From: Methanobacteriota archaeon
GTDB taxonomy: Archaea > Halobacteriota > Methanomicrobia > Methanomicrobiales > Methanomicrobiaceae
Reading direction: 5' to 3'
Length of the DNA stretch: 64,000 bases
Assembly: GCA_023396365.1 (NCBI GenBank)
Contig: JAEWWL010000007.1
Location: 1,288-65,287, forward strand
Shown here: piece after piece, positions 56,195 to 64,000 of the stretch
Layout of the letters: the number at the start of each line of letters is the position of its first letter
Position numbering within the stretch: the first letter of the stretch is position 1
Notes under the pieces: model-generated
The model's database searches: none
What the model was told of the DNA's origin: nothing
The model's input: the letters and a program-made list of their open reading frames with translations, nothing else
Position numbers and translations under genes: made by a program

Positions 56195-56644
56195 TTACTC
56201 TCCCTTTAACACTGAAATTTCAAGAACGCCGTTTTTGCATTTGTATTTCATCGTATCTTTTTTAACGGCAGGAATTTTTACCTCTGCAAAATGCTTTACT
56301 CCGTCTGCAAAAGAGGAGATGTATAAAGTATTCTGATTTACAGATATCGCGGTGTTTGACATATCCGAGCCGGGAATATTTGCATATATAATTACATAGT
56401 CTCCGTCCTGGTGAACCTCGGTGTGCGGATTGTTTAAAACAAAGCCTTCATCAGAACTGTTTGCCACATTATTTTTCAGGCCTTCAATATTTGAGGGAAT
56501 TAGATCAACAGGAATTCTTCCGCCGGCTATAGTTATTGAAAAATTCTCATTGAAAGGGAATTTTCCGCTATGAATAGCCTGCTCAAATATTTTTCTGATT
56601 ATCTCGTTGAAATCCTTATCTGCATCCTTTTTATCTTCAGGCAT
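56195..56644 (-). CDS. Hsp20/alpha-crystallin-family small heat-shock protein
   Basis: 149 aa. The C-terminal alpha-crystallin pattern DGDYVIIYANIPGSDMSNTAISVNQNTLYISS...AEVKIPAVKKDTMKYKCKNGVLEISVLK matches the archaeal sHsp consensus (...PG...i.v....L.I......y...i.LP......a.y.NGVLei...K). Confidence 0.8.
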   Translation of the reverse strand: MPEDKKDADKDFNEIIRKIFEQAIHSGKFPFNENFSITIAGGRIPVDLIPSNIEGLKNNVANSSDEGFVLNNPHTEVHQDGDYVIIYANIPGSDMSNTAISVNQNTLYISSFADGVKHFAEVKIPAVKKDTMKYKCKNGVLEISVLKGE

Positions 56645-56658
56645 TATCTTCTCCAGAT

Positions 56659-59151
56659 TTATTCCAATTTTAATGAATCTTCAAGCTCTTTTGTCAGTGT
56701 TTTTATAAGTTTTATATCTTTGACCCTTGAATATACTGCACTGTTTAATTTTTCAGAGGCTGTTTTGGTATTCTCTTTTTCTTCTGCATAATCACAGCGC
56801 TTCAGCACCATTGCCGCTTTTTCAAGAACCTGCCTTTCCTCTGCCGGGTAAAGAACAGGCCAGGCCTTTCTTTCATATTCTTCAATTGCTGATTTATCCA
56901 GAGAGCTTTTAATTTTTTTCATTGCGGCATTGAAGTGAGCCTTTGTTACCTTAACATTGGCAAGTATTTCAAGCCTTTCAGCTTCTGATCTATTCTCCAT
57001 TATAGTGATAAATTCACGCATCGCCTGAAGTTTTGCCTCACGCACAACAAGTTCAATATCAGCACCGACATATCCTTCGCTTTTTTTTACAAGTTCATCG
57101 ATACTGATATCTTCAGAAAGAATACTCTTTGAATTTTTAAGGTAAACCTCAAATATTTTCTTTCTTCCTTCTGCATCAGGCGGAGGCACATAGATAATTC
57201 TGTCAAGACGGCCCGGCCTCATCAGAGCTTCATCAAGCATATCTGGCCGGTTTGTCGCTCCAAGCACTGTCACATTTGTAAGCTCCTCAAGTCCGTCAAG
57301 CTCGGTCAGAATCTGGCTTACAACACTCTCTGTTACATGTGATGAATCATTGTATGCTCCTCTTTTTGGAAGCAGAGCGTCAATTTCATCAAAGAATATT
57401 ATTGACGGTGATGCCTGCCGTGCTTTTCTGAATATATCACGGACTCCTTTTTCAGATTCGCCAACCCACTTTGAGAGAAGTTCAGGGCCTTTTACAGATA
57501 TGAAATTGCATTCGCTTTTATTTGCAACCGCTTTTGCAAGAAGCGTCTTTCCTGTTCCCGGCGGTCCGAACAGGAGAATTCCTGACGGAGGCTTTGTGTC
57601 AAACTTATCAAATATCTCAGGATATTTAAGAGGCCATTCAACAGATTCGGTAAGCTCTTTTTTAATATCGTCAAGACCTCCGATATCATCCCATGAGACA
57701 TCAGGAATTTCGACAAGGACTTCACGCATTGCCGAAGGCTCAACATGCCTTAAAGCCTCTTCGAAATCACTCTTTGAAACCTTTATCTTCTCAATTATTT
57801 CTATTGGAATATCTTCTCCGGTCTTTATATCCTTTAACTCCTCGCGAAGGGCATGCATTGCAGCCTCCTTTACAAGAAGGGATATATCAGCACCAACAAA
57901 TCCATGGGTTACAGCAGCGAAAGGCTCAAGGAATTTTTTGCGCTTAATTGCATTTTCATGCTTTTTTCCTTCGTCTTCGCCCATCTCGGCAAACTTGCGG
58001 CTTAGTTCGACACTCTCTTCTGCGGTGATTTCGATATCGTCCAAATCAAGCGGAACACCGCGTGAGTGAACCTGGAATATTTCAAGACGGCCCTTTCTGT
58101 CCGGAATGCCAATCTCTATCTCCCTGTCAAAACGTCCGCCGCGGCGAAGTGCCGGATCGATATTGTCGGGAAGGTTTGTTGCGGCAATTACAATTACCTC
58201 ACCTCTTCCCTTAAGACCGTCCATTACAGCCAGAAGCTGGGCCACAATTCTTCTTTCAACCTCACCTTTTGTCTCCTCACGCTTTGGTGCAATTGAGTCA
58301 ATTTCATCGATGAATATGATTGTCGGGGCATTCTTCTGTGCTTCTTCAAAGACCTCCCTTAATTTTCCTTCACTTTCGCCATAGTATTTGCTTACAATTT
58401 CAGGTCCTGAAAGTGAGATGAAATGTGCATCAACCTCGTTTGCAACCGCCTTTGCAATCAGTGTCTTTCCGGTTCCCGGCGGACCATACAAAAGTACACC
58501 TTTTGGCGGCTCGATTCCAAGCTTTTCAAATATTTCGGGATGCCTCAACGGAAGCTCAATCATCTCCCTTACCTGGTCAAGCTCTCTTCCAAGACCTCCT
58601 ATATCCTCATAATGAACGTCCGGAACATCTTTTTTGCCCTCTTTGGGCTGATATGGTGTATCCTTTATCTCAATTTCGGTGTTGGGCCCGACAATTGCAA
58701 CACCTGAGGGTTTGACCTTTGATATAACAAATGTCAGGGCATTTCCCATAATATTTACACGAAATGCCTGGCCTTCACTGACAGGGCGTCCGCTTAAGAG
58801 CCTTCCAATATACTGCTCCCCGCCCTGAAGCGATATCGGCTGTGTCGGATGAATGACAAGCTTCTCGGCATATTTTGCATCAACTTTATGGATTGTTACT
58901 TTTTCATCAATGCCTGTCTGAATATTGCCGCGGGTGTTTCCGTCAATTCTGATAACTGCCCTTCCTGTATCCTGTGAATATCCCGTCCAGACAATTGCGG
59001 CAGCTTTGTTTTTTCCCGCAATTTCTATCACATCGCCGCTTCGAAGGCCAAGGGCATTCATCACATCAATACTTATTCTTGCAATTCCCCTTCCTGCGTC
59101 TTCGTGAAGCGCCTCTTTTACTGTTACTTCAAATGATTGTGAATTAGTCAT
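56659..59151 (-). CDS. cdc48: CDC48/VCP-type AAA+ ATPase (two AAA domains)
   Basis: 830 aa. CDC48 N-domain ([25 protein letters not shown]), Walker A GPPGTGKT twice, Walker [10 protein letters not shown] / IIFFDEIDA, and second-region-of-homology arginines. Confidence 0.97.
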   Translation of the reverse strand: MTNSQSFEVTVKEALHEDAGRGIARISIDVMNALGLRSGDVIEIAGKNKAAAIVWTGYSQDTGRAVIRIDGNTRGNIQTGIDEKVTIHKVDAKYAEKLVIHPTQPISLQGGEQYIGRLLSGRPVSEGQAFRVNIMGNALTFVISKVKPSGVAIVGPNTEIEIKDTPYQPKEGKKDVPDVHYEDIGGLGRELDQVREMIELPLRHPEIFEKLGIEPPKGVLLYGPPGTGKTLIAKAVANEVDAHFISLSGPEIVSKYYGESEGKLREVFEEAQKNAPTIIFIDEIDSIAPKREETKGEVERRIVAQLLAVMDGLKGRGEVIVIAATNLPDNIDPALRRGGRFDREIEIGIPDRKGRLEIFQVHSRGVPLDLDDIEITAEESVELSRKFAEMGEDEGKKHENAIKRKKFLEPFAAVTHGFVGADISLLVKEAAMHALREELKDIKTGEDIPIEIIEKIKVSKSDFEEALRHVEPSAMREVLVEIPDVSWDDIGGLDDIKKELTESVEWPLKYPEIFDKFDTKPPSGILLFGPPGTGKTLLAKAVANKSECNFISVKGPELLSKWVGESEKGVRDIFRKARQASPSIIFFDEIDALLPKRGAYNDSSHVTESVVSQILTELDGLEELTNVTVLGATNRPDMLDEALMRPGRLDRIIYVPPPDAEGRKKIFEVYLKNSKSILSEDISIDELVKKSEGYVGADIELVVREAKLQAMREFITIMENRSEAERLEILANVKVTKAHFNAAMKKIKSSLDKSAIEEYERKAWPVLYPAEERQVLEKAAMVLKRCDYAEEKENTKTASEKLNSAVYSRVKDIKLIKTLTKELEDSLKLE

Positions 59152-59364
59152 AATGATATACCTCTTCTATGATATTTACCTATAGTAATCACCAATGTTA
59201 TTTAAAAATATGTTCTCTGACAATTATTATTTTCAATCTTTTTAAAAATTTAAAATTGCAGGATATTTTTTAATTGCACGAGTCAAAATGAAAAAAAATC
59301 AAATCCAAATGGATAATATTTTTAAAAATTTCCGCTGAGAAGGTTAAAAAAAACGTTAAAAAAA

Positions 59365-60012
59365 TTATCTTAAAATCTCAATTATTTTTTTTATATCCCT
59401 GATATGATACTGCCCTTTTGATGCCTCCTTTCCGCAGTGGCAGTAAATCAGCATTGAGCCCGTCAATAAAAGAGGAACTCTTGCAAATTTAAATTCTTCA
59501 CCCATAACACTTGTAATGACAGGCTTTTTTGACATTGCTGTAAATTTTATAAAATCTGCGACATCGCTTAGATTTTTTGGAGTCACAACAATTTTTGGAA
59601 TGTCGCAATACTCCCTCAGCTCCGATTCAATATCATATAATTCCCTTTTGTCTGGCATATAGCCAAGATGAACAGAGCCGATAACTGCCTTTTTGGATGC
59701 TTTTATTTCAGGTGCAAATAAACGAAAATCTCTTTCAATATCAACATAGTCTGTACAGCAAAGCCACGGCTCAATTAATTCTCTCCACTCTTTTTGACTT
59801 TTTGAAAATTTGCCGCCCTCTTTTATGCTTCTGATAGTTGCTATGATTGGTATGTCATCATTTTTTTCCCGGCACAGACTTAAGAGTTCATCCGCTGACT
59901 CTTTGCTGTCTATAAGATCAATTCTAATCTCCCTAAACCCGGCATTGTAATTTAGAGCTTCTTCCCATTCCTTTGGTGATGACAGTGAAAGAGCAGTCTT
60001 CATTTTTTCCAC
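59365..60012 (-). CDS. aroD: 3-dehydroquinate dehydratase, type I
   Basis: 215 aa. The pattern ...EIRIDLI...IIATIRSIKEGG...VDIE...IGSVH...PKIVV...ITSVMGEEFKFARV...GS...GQ follows the type I DHQase layout. Similarity is judged by eye only. Confidence 0.65.
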   Translation of the reverse strand: MEKMKTALSLSSPKEWEEALNYNAGFREIRIDLIDSKESADELLSLCREKNDDIPIIATIRSIKEGGKFSKSQKEWRELIEPWLCCTDYVDIERDFRLFAPEIKASKKAVIGSVHLGYMPDKRELYDIESELREYCDIPKIVVTPKNLSDVADFIKFTAMSKKPVITSVMGEEFKFARVPLLLTGSMLIYCHCGKEASKGQYHIRDIKKIIEILR

Positions 60013-60191
60013 ACAGATTTAGTAGGAGATATTTATGTAAATTGTTTCCTTTATTTTTGACATCTGCCTGCTGCCAGTGCCTTTTAATAAATGGTATTAA
60101 CCGGTCATGCTGACCGCACTTTAACCCATTTCATATCAAATTGTAAACCTTCAAGTCGGCTGAATGCAAATAAATAATATCCGGTGATTTT

Positions 60192-60953
60192 TTGAAGGTT
60201 AATTTTGGAGGTTTTGTTCCTTTAAGTACTGTTGACTGGCGGGGAAAAGCAGTATGTACAGTTTTTTTAAGAGGATGCCCCGTCCACTGCCATTACTGCC
60301 ACAACCGGGAAATCCAGTCAGGCCAGGACATAAGGGACACTGATGATATCTGCGAGATGATAAAAGAGTCAAGAATTGTTATATCAGGCGTAATTTTTTC
60401 CGGCGGAGAGCCCACGATGCAGAAAGATGCTCTTGTTGAACTGGCAACGCAGTGCAAAAAGATGAATCTTTTAGTAGGCATCCAGACAAACGGTGCGTTT
60501 CCGGATACTCTTGAATCATTATTAAAACAAAACCTTGTTGACCATGTTCATATGGATATCAAGACAAGATGGGAGCATTATCCTCAGCTTTTAAAGGTGA
60601 AACCTGAAACTGTTGAAAATATAAAGAAATCCCTGGCACTTTGCAAAGAGGCATACATGTCAGGAAAACTGCCTGAATTTCAGGTCGTCTGCACCCTGTT
60701 TCCAGGAAGAGAGGATGATGTGATGTATATATCAAAGGAAACACAGGGCCTTAATCTGGTTTTGCAGCAGGGTGTGGAGAATAACATAAGACCTCTTAAA
60801 TTTGATGACCTCAAAAAAATTGCAGATAAAATTCACAGAAAGGTTAGAATACGCACACGTGAAGACGGTGAAATAACATACGAGAATAACCAGATAATTA
60901 TTGCGGATTCAATAGTCCTTACAGATATTGCACAGGCAAGAAGAAATTATTAA
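60192..60953 (+). CDS. radical SAM activating enzyme (NrdG/PflA-activase-like, TIGR02495-like)
   Basis: 253 aa from a TTG start. The N-terminal GGFVPLSTVDWRGKAVCTVFLRGCPVHCHYCHN (CxxxCxxC cluster motif) and GVIFSGGEPT are typical of glycyl-radical-enzyme activases. No glycyl-radical enzyme gene is adjacent. Confidence 0.75.
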   Translation: MKVNFGGFVPLSTVDWRGKAVCTVFLRGCPVHCHYCHNREIQSGQDIRDTDDICEMIKESRIVISGVIFSGGEPTMQKDALVELATQCKKMNLLVGIQTNGAFPDTLESLLKQNLVDHVHMDIKTRWEHYPQLLKVKPETVENIKKSLALCKEAYMSGKLPEFQVVCTLFPGREDDVMYISKETQGLNLVLQQGVENNIRPLKFDDLKKIADKIHRKVRIRTREDGEITYENNQIIIADSIVLTDIAQARRNY

Positions 60954-60978
60954 ACCAAAAAGAAGGATTCTGATAAAA

Positions 60979-61527
60979 ATGCAGGTAATAGGTGTTGTTG
61001 GTCTTCCGGCAAGCGGCAAGGGAGAATTTTCACGTATTGCAAAAGAGATGAATATTCCTGTTGTGGTAATGGGCGATGTCGTAAGAAACGCAGTCGCTGA
61101 TGCAGGACTTAAATTAAATGACAAAAATATGGGCGAGATGTCCAGATGCCTGCGGCAGGGAATGGGAATGGATGCCCTTGCAAAATTATCAGTCCCGCTT
61201 ATTGAAGCCTTAAATTCCAAAGTGGCTCTTGTTGACGGAATAAGAGGTGATGCAGAGGTTGAATTTTTTATAAAACATTTTAAAAATTTCAATTTAATAG
61301 CAGTTGAATCTTCATTTGAGACAAGATTAAAGCGTTTATCACAGAGAGGGCGCTCAGATGATCAGGCTGATGAAAAAAGCCTTAAACAGCGTGATGAAAG
61401 AGAAGCCGGCTGGGGTCTTTTAAATGCCATGTCAATGGCGGATTATTTAATTGAAAATGAAGGGACAATTTCAGAATTTGAGGACAACGCCAGAAGAATT
61501 CTTGAAGAGATAAGGTTTAAAAAATGA
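60979..61527 (+). CDS. P-loop nucleotide/nucleoside kinase-like protein (archaeal UPF0200 / dephospho-CoA-kinase-like)
   Basis: 182 aa from ATG 60979 (MQVIGVVGLPASGKGEFS, Walker A) with a lid-like RLSQRGRSDD. The ORF-track start at 60928 overlaps the previous gene. Confidence 0.65.
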   Translation: MQVIGVVGLPASGKGEFSRIAKEMNIPVVVMGDVVRNAVADAGLKLNDKNMGEMSRCLRQGMGMDALAKLSVPLIEALNSKVALVDGIRGDAEVEFFIKHFKNFNLIAVESSFETRLKRLSQRGRSDDQADEKSLKQRDEREAGWGLLNAMSMADYLIENEGTISEFEDNARRILEEIRFKK

Positions 61528-62297
61528 GCATTGAATTTTTCTTCGCCTCATCTTCAAAGGTCTGGTCATCCATTGAATGGGTTTATGAAATTGAGGATGC
61601 CGGATACTCAGGCTGGGAAATCTCAGCCGACGGCAATTACAGGCTTGATAATCCCGCTCTTTACTCAAAGATAAAAGAAGTCCTTGAAACTACCGCTCTT
61701 AAAGCGAGTGTTCATGCACCCTTCGCTGATCTAAATCTTGCATCCCTAAACTATCCTATATACAAAGAGTCCGTCAGACAGCTTTCTGAATGTGTTCATC
61801 TGGCATCAGATATCACAGATAAGGTTACAATACATCCCGGGTATCTCTCCCCTTCGGCAAAGCTTGTTCCCGACAAAGTATGGTCTCTTCACAAAGAGGC
61901 TTTAAGAGAGATTGGAAAAGCAGCTCTTGATGCAGGAGTTACGGCATGCCTTGAAAATATGCCGCAGATTCCTGACTTTTTATGCATTGACCCTGAAGAA
62001 ATTTTCGGGATGACTGATGATGTCGAAGGCTTTGGCGTTACAATAGATTTGGGCCATGCAAACACAGCCGGAAAAACAGATGCATTTTTAAAAAAAGCAG
62101 GCATGGCAACACATTTTCATATCCACGACAACAACGGAAAAAAAGATGAGCACAGCGCTTTGGGAGAAGGAAACATCAACTGGGATAAAGCAGGCATGGC
62201 AATAAAGAAAAAATTTTCTGGAATATGTGTTGTTGAAGGAAGAAGTATTGAAGAGGCAAAAAGAAGTTATGAGATTATAAAGAGGTGCTTTTTATGA
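61524..62297 (+). CDS. sugar-phosphate isomerase/epimerase (xylose-isomerase-like TIM barrel)
   Basis: 257 aa. Typical segments VHAPFADLNLAS, VTIHPGY, CLENMP, DLGHAN and HIHDNNG. ATGA overlaps with both neighbours. Confidence 0.75.
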   Translation: MSIEFFFASSSKVWSSIEWVYEIEDAGYSGWEISADGNYRLDNPALYSKIKEVLETTALKASVHAPFADLNLASLNYPIYKESVRQLSECVHLASDITDKVTIHPGYLSPSAKLVPDKVWSLHKEALREIGKAALDAGVTACLENMPQIPDFLCIDPEEIFGMTDDVEGFGVTIDLGHANTAGKTDAFLKKAGMATHFHIHDNNGKKDEHSALGEGNINWDKAGMAIKKKFSGICVVEGRSIEEAKRSYEIIKRCFL

Positions 62298-63232
62298 GCG
62301 GTGAGACACTTCTGGTCTATTTTCTCGGGACTGCCGGAGCGCTTCCAACACCAAACAAGAATCCTTCATGCATAATGATAAGAAGAGGATCAGACACCCT
62401 GCTCTTTGACTGCGGTGAAGGCGCCCAGCAGCAGATGATGCGTGCAAGAACAGGATTTACTGTTGATGCAGTATTTATCACCCACTGGCATGCAGATCAC
62501 TACCTCGGCCTTCCGGGGCTTGTCCAGACAATGTCATTTATGGGAAGAAAAGAGCCTTTAATGATTTACGGTCCAAAATGGATAAATGAATTTGTTGCAA
62601 ATCTTGAAGGAATATCAAGGACAAAACTCGGATTTAAGATCATCGCAAATGAAATAAAAGATAATTCAGTAATTCCCTTCAACGGCTATACAGTCCGTGC
62701 ATTTTCATCAAAACACGGAATGCCCTGCCTTGGATATATTCTGGCAGAGGATGAAAGACCCGGCCGTTTCAACCGTGAGAGGGCAATAGAGCTTGGTGTA
62801 AAGCCGGGACCTTTATTTGGAAAACTCCAGCAGGGTCAGACAGTTACAGTAAAAATTGACGGGACTGATGCAACAATTAATCCATCTGATGTTATGGGCA
62901 TGCCACGCCCGGGCAGAAAGATTGTCTATACAGGCGATACCCGCCCGGACTGTGAAAACTGGAAGCAGTGGGGAGCTGATGCAGATCTTTTAATTCATGA
63001 TTCAACTTATGATGACTCTGAAAAAGAAAGAGCAGCAGAAGTTTTTCATTCAACAGCCGGTGAAGCAGGAGAGATTGCATCAGAGATTAATGCACAGCGT
63101 CTTGCACTTGTACACATAAGTTCACGATACACCAATATGACAAACCATATACAGGATGCAGAGCAAACATTCAAAGGCGAAATTCTTGCTCCTGATGATC
63201 TCAGTGTGCTTGAAATACCATTTCGGGGATGA
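62294..63232 (+). CDS. rnz: ribonuclease Z (tRNA 3' endonuclease)
   Basis: MSGETLLVYFLGTAGALPT..., MBL motif ITHWHADHYLGLPGL, and the C-terminal HIS..Y region. ATG 62294 is preferred to the upstream GTG. Confidence 0.92.
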   Translation: MSGETLLVYFLGTAGALPTPNKNPSCIMIRRGSDTLLFDCGEGAQQQMMRARTGFTVDAVFITHWHADHYLGLPGLVQTMSFMGRKEPLMIYGPKWINEFVANLEGISRTKLGFKIIANEIKDNSVIPFNGYTVRAFSSKHGMPCLGYILAEDERPGRFNRERAIELGVKPGPLFGKLQQGQTVTVKIDGTDATINPSDVMGMPRPGRKIVYTGDTRPDCENWKQWGADADLLIHDSTYDDSEKERAAEVFHSTAGEAGEIASEINAQRLALVHISSRYTNMTNHIQDAEQTFKGEILAPDDLSVLEIPFRG

Positions 63233-63245
63233 TTAAATATGGGTG

Positions 63246-64000
63246 ATGATGATGAAATATCCGGCAATAGACTTTTATCAGATTCACCTGTTTGCAATAG
63301 GATTTGCAGCTCTTTTGATAAGTGCTGCTGCCGCAACAGCTGCCGGAATATATCTTGGCTCAATTTCTGATATTTTGGCATACCTGCCCGGACTTTTAAT
63401 TCTTGTTCCTGCATCTATTAATATGCGGGGAAGCATCTCCGGGGTTTTGGCATCACGACTCTCCTCATCGATGCATCTTGGTGAATTTGAAATTGATTTT
63501 TCAAAAAGAAGTGTTCTTGGATTAAATACAAGAGTTTCACTTGCAATATCAATTCTTACAGCTTTTGCCCTGGGATTGTTTGCATATGCAATATCCTACA
63601 TATTTGGATTTAGGGAATTGTCATGCACAGACTATATTGCAATCTCAGTGCTTTCAGGTGTTATATCAGGCTTTATCGTGATGGGTTTTGCAATTCTTAT
63701 AATTATCTTAAGCTACAGAAGAGGAATTGATCTTGATATGATTGGATCACCGTCCATTACAACGGCAGCCGATCTAATCACAATACCTGTCCTTGTTGTA
63801 ACAGCTCTATTCATTCTTGATTTCCCGGAGCAGATGCGCAGTTTATTCATTATTCCTGTCACTGGTCTTTTAATTCTGAGTTTGTTTGCTGCATTCCGCT
63901 CAGGTGAGGAGGTAAAAATTATCTCATCAGAGATGCTTATTCTGTTAATTCCCCTCTCACTTATCTGCACATTTGCAGGAATTACATATGCATCAAATCT
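63246..64000 (+). CDS. MgtE-like divalent-cation transporter membrane domain protein (3' end outside window)
   Basis: I translated this frame by hand from ATG 63246 (MMMKYPAIDFYQIHLFAIGF...). It stays open to the window end and contains LLILVPASINMRGSISGVLASRLSSSMHLG and MIGSPSITTAADLITIPVLV, typical of the duplicated MgtE/SLC41 TM domain. It is absent from the ORF track because no stop is reached. Confidence 0.75.
   Translation, partial: MMMKYPAIDFYQIHLFAIGFAALLISAAAATAAGIYLGSISDILAYLPGLLILVPASINMRGSISGVLASRLSSSMHLGEFEIDFSKRSVLGLNTRVSLAISILTAFALGLFAYAISYIFGFRELSCTDYIAISVLSGVISGFIVMGFAILIIILSYRRGIDLDMIGSPSITTAADLITIPVLVVTALFILDFPEQMRSLFIIPVTGLLILSLFAAFRSGEEVKIISSEMLILLIPLSLICTFAGITYASN

Noticed and set aside
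60013-60191. Relatively GC-rich 180-nt spacer with a 6-bp perfect hairpin, considered as a tRNA, riboswitch or sRNA.
   Set aside because: I could draw no cloverleaf, no T-loop (GTTCRANYC) or anticodon-arm pattern, and no extended nested helices. A single short hairpin is not enough evidence, so it is only mentioned under the operon finding.
63713-63970. 85-aa minus-strand ORF near the window end.
   Set aside because: It lies antisense to an uninterrupted plus-strand frame with clear MgtE-type transmembrane motifs. The plus-strand gene is missing from the ORF track only because it runs off the window.
1-64000. In-frame stop recoding (selenocysteine or pyrrolysine), split genes or pseudogenes, and mobile elements.
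   Set aside because: No pair of adjacent same-strand ORFs looks like two halves of one family interrupted by TGA or TAG. All recognised genes are full length, apart from the NAD kinase start issue and the UvrC C-terminus. I saw no transposase, integrase or terminal inverted repeats. This was a by-eye survey, so short elements could have been missed.

Overview
The window is a dense chromosomal segment (about 60 CDS, roughly 90% coding) from a low-GC methanogenic archaeon. The evidence for a methanogen is formylmethanofuran:H4MPT formyltransferase (ftr), a methanofuran-type ATP-grasp/hydantoinase-like gene pair, an early tetrapyrrole cluster (sirC-hemA-hemB-hemL-hemC-cobA), aIF5A and CDC48. A Methanomicrobia-type lineage is my inference only. 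By eye I found no rRNA, tRNA, CRISPR array, transposase, integrase or prophage signature.

Recognisable blocks, in order:
- MCP fragment, ClC channel and FKBP.
- A bacterial-type uvrA-uvrC-uvrB operon, divergent from a family-6 hypoxanthine-DNA glycosylase.
- PAS sensor, DMT and AI-2E transporters, panE.
- MBL-rhodanese protein and an SLC13 transporter.
- The hem cluster.
- ROK kinase, small membrane protein, MTHFS and ftr.
- carAB, a beta-propeller/PEGA surface protein, and a CBS-pyrophosphatase.
- A GAF kinase-like sensor, HAD hydrolase and aIF5A.
- IMPase-like phosphatase plus NAD kinase.
- ACT protein, hom, a TiaS-kinase-like protein, a condensation-domain protein and a HEAT protein.
- surE, a CARDB protein and the mfnD/mfnF-like pair.
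- A six-gene Zn-ribbon/SPFH operon and two lipobox proteins.
- cdc48-hsp20 and aroD.
- A radical-SAM activase, P-loop kinase, TIM-barrel protein and RNase Z operon, then a partial MgtE-like gene.

The most unusual content:
1. The uncharacterised Zn-ribbon/SPFH membrane operon (50.5-55.1 kb).
2. A wHTH + Cys/His + TiaS-kinase-domain-like gene translationally coupled to a stand-alone HHxxxDG condensation-type enzyme (43.0-45.4 kb).
3. An NAD kinase whose conserved N-terminus lies upstream of its first ATG, behind a strong Shine-Dalgarno (SD) sequence and an in-frame ATT.
4. Two sensor proteins whose kinase dimerisation regions lack the phospho-acceptor histidine.
5. A GC-rich nested inverted repeat, and many short tandem duplications, in otherwise A/T-only spacers.

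All family assignments come from motif recognition by eye and need HMM or structure confirmation.
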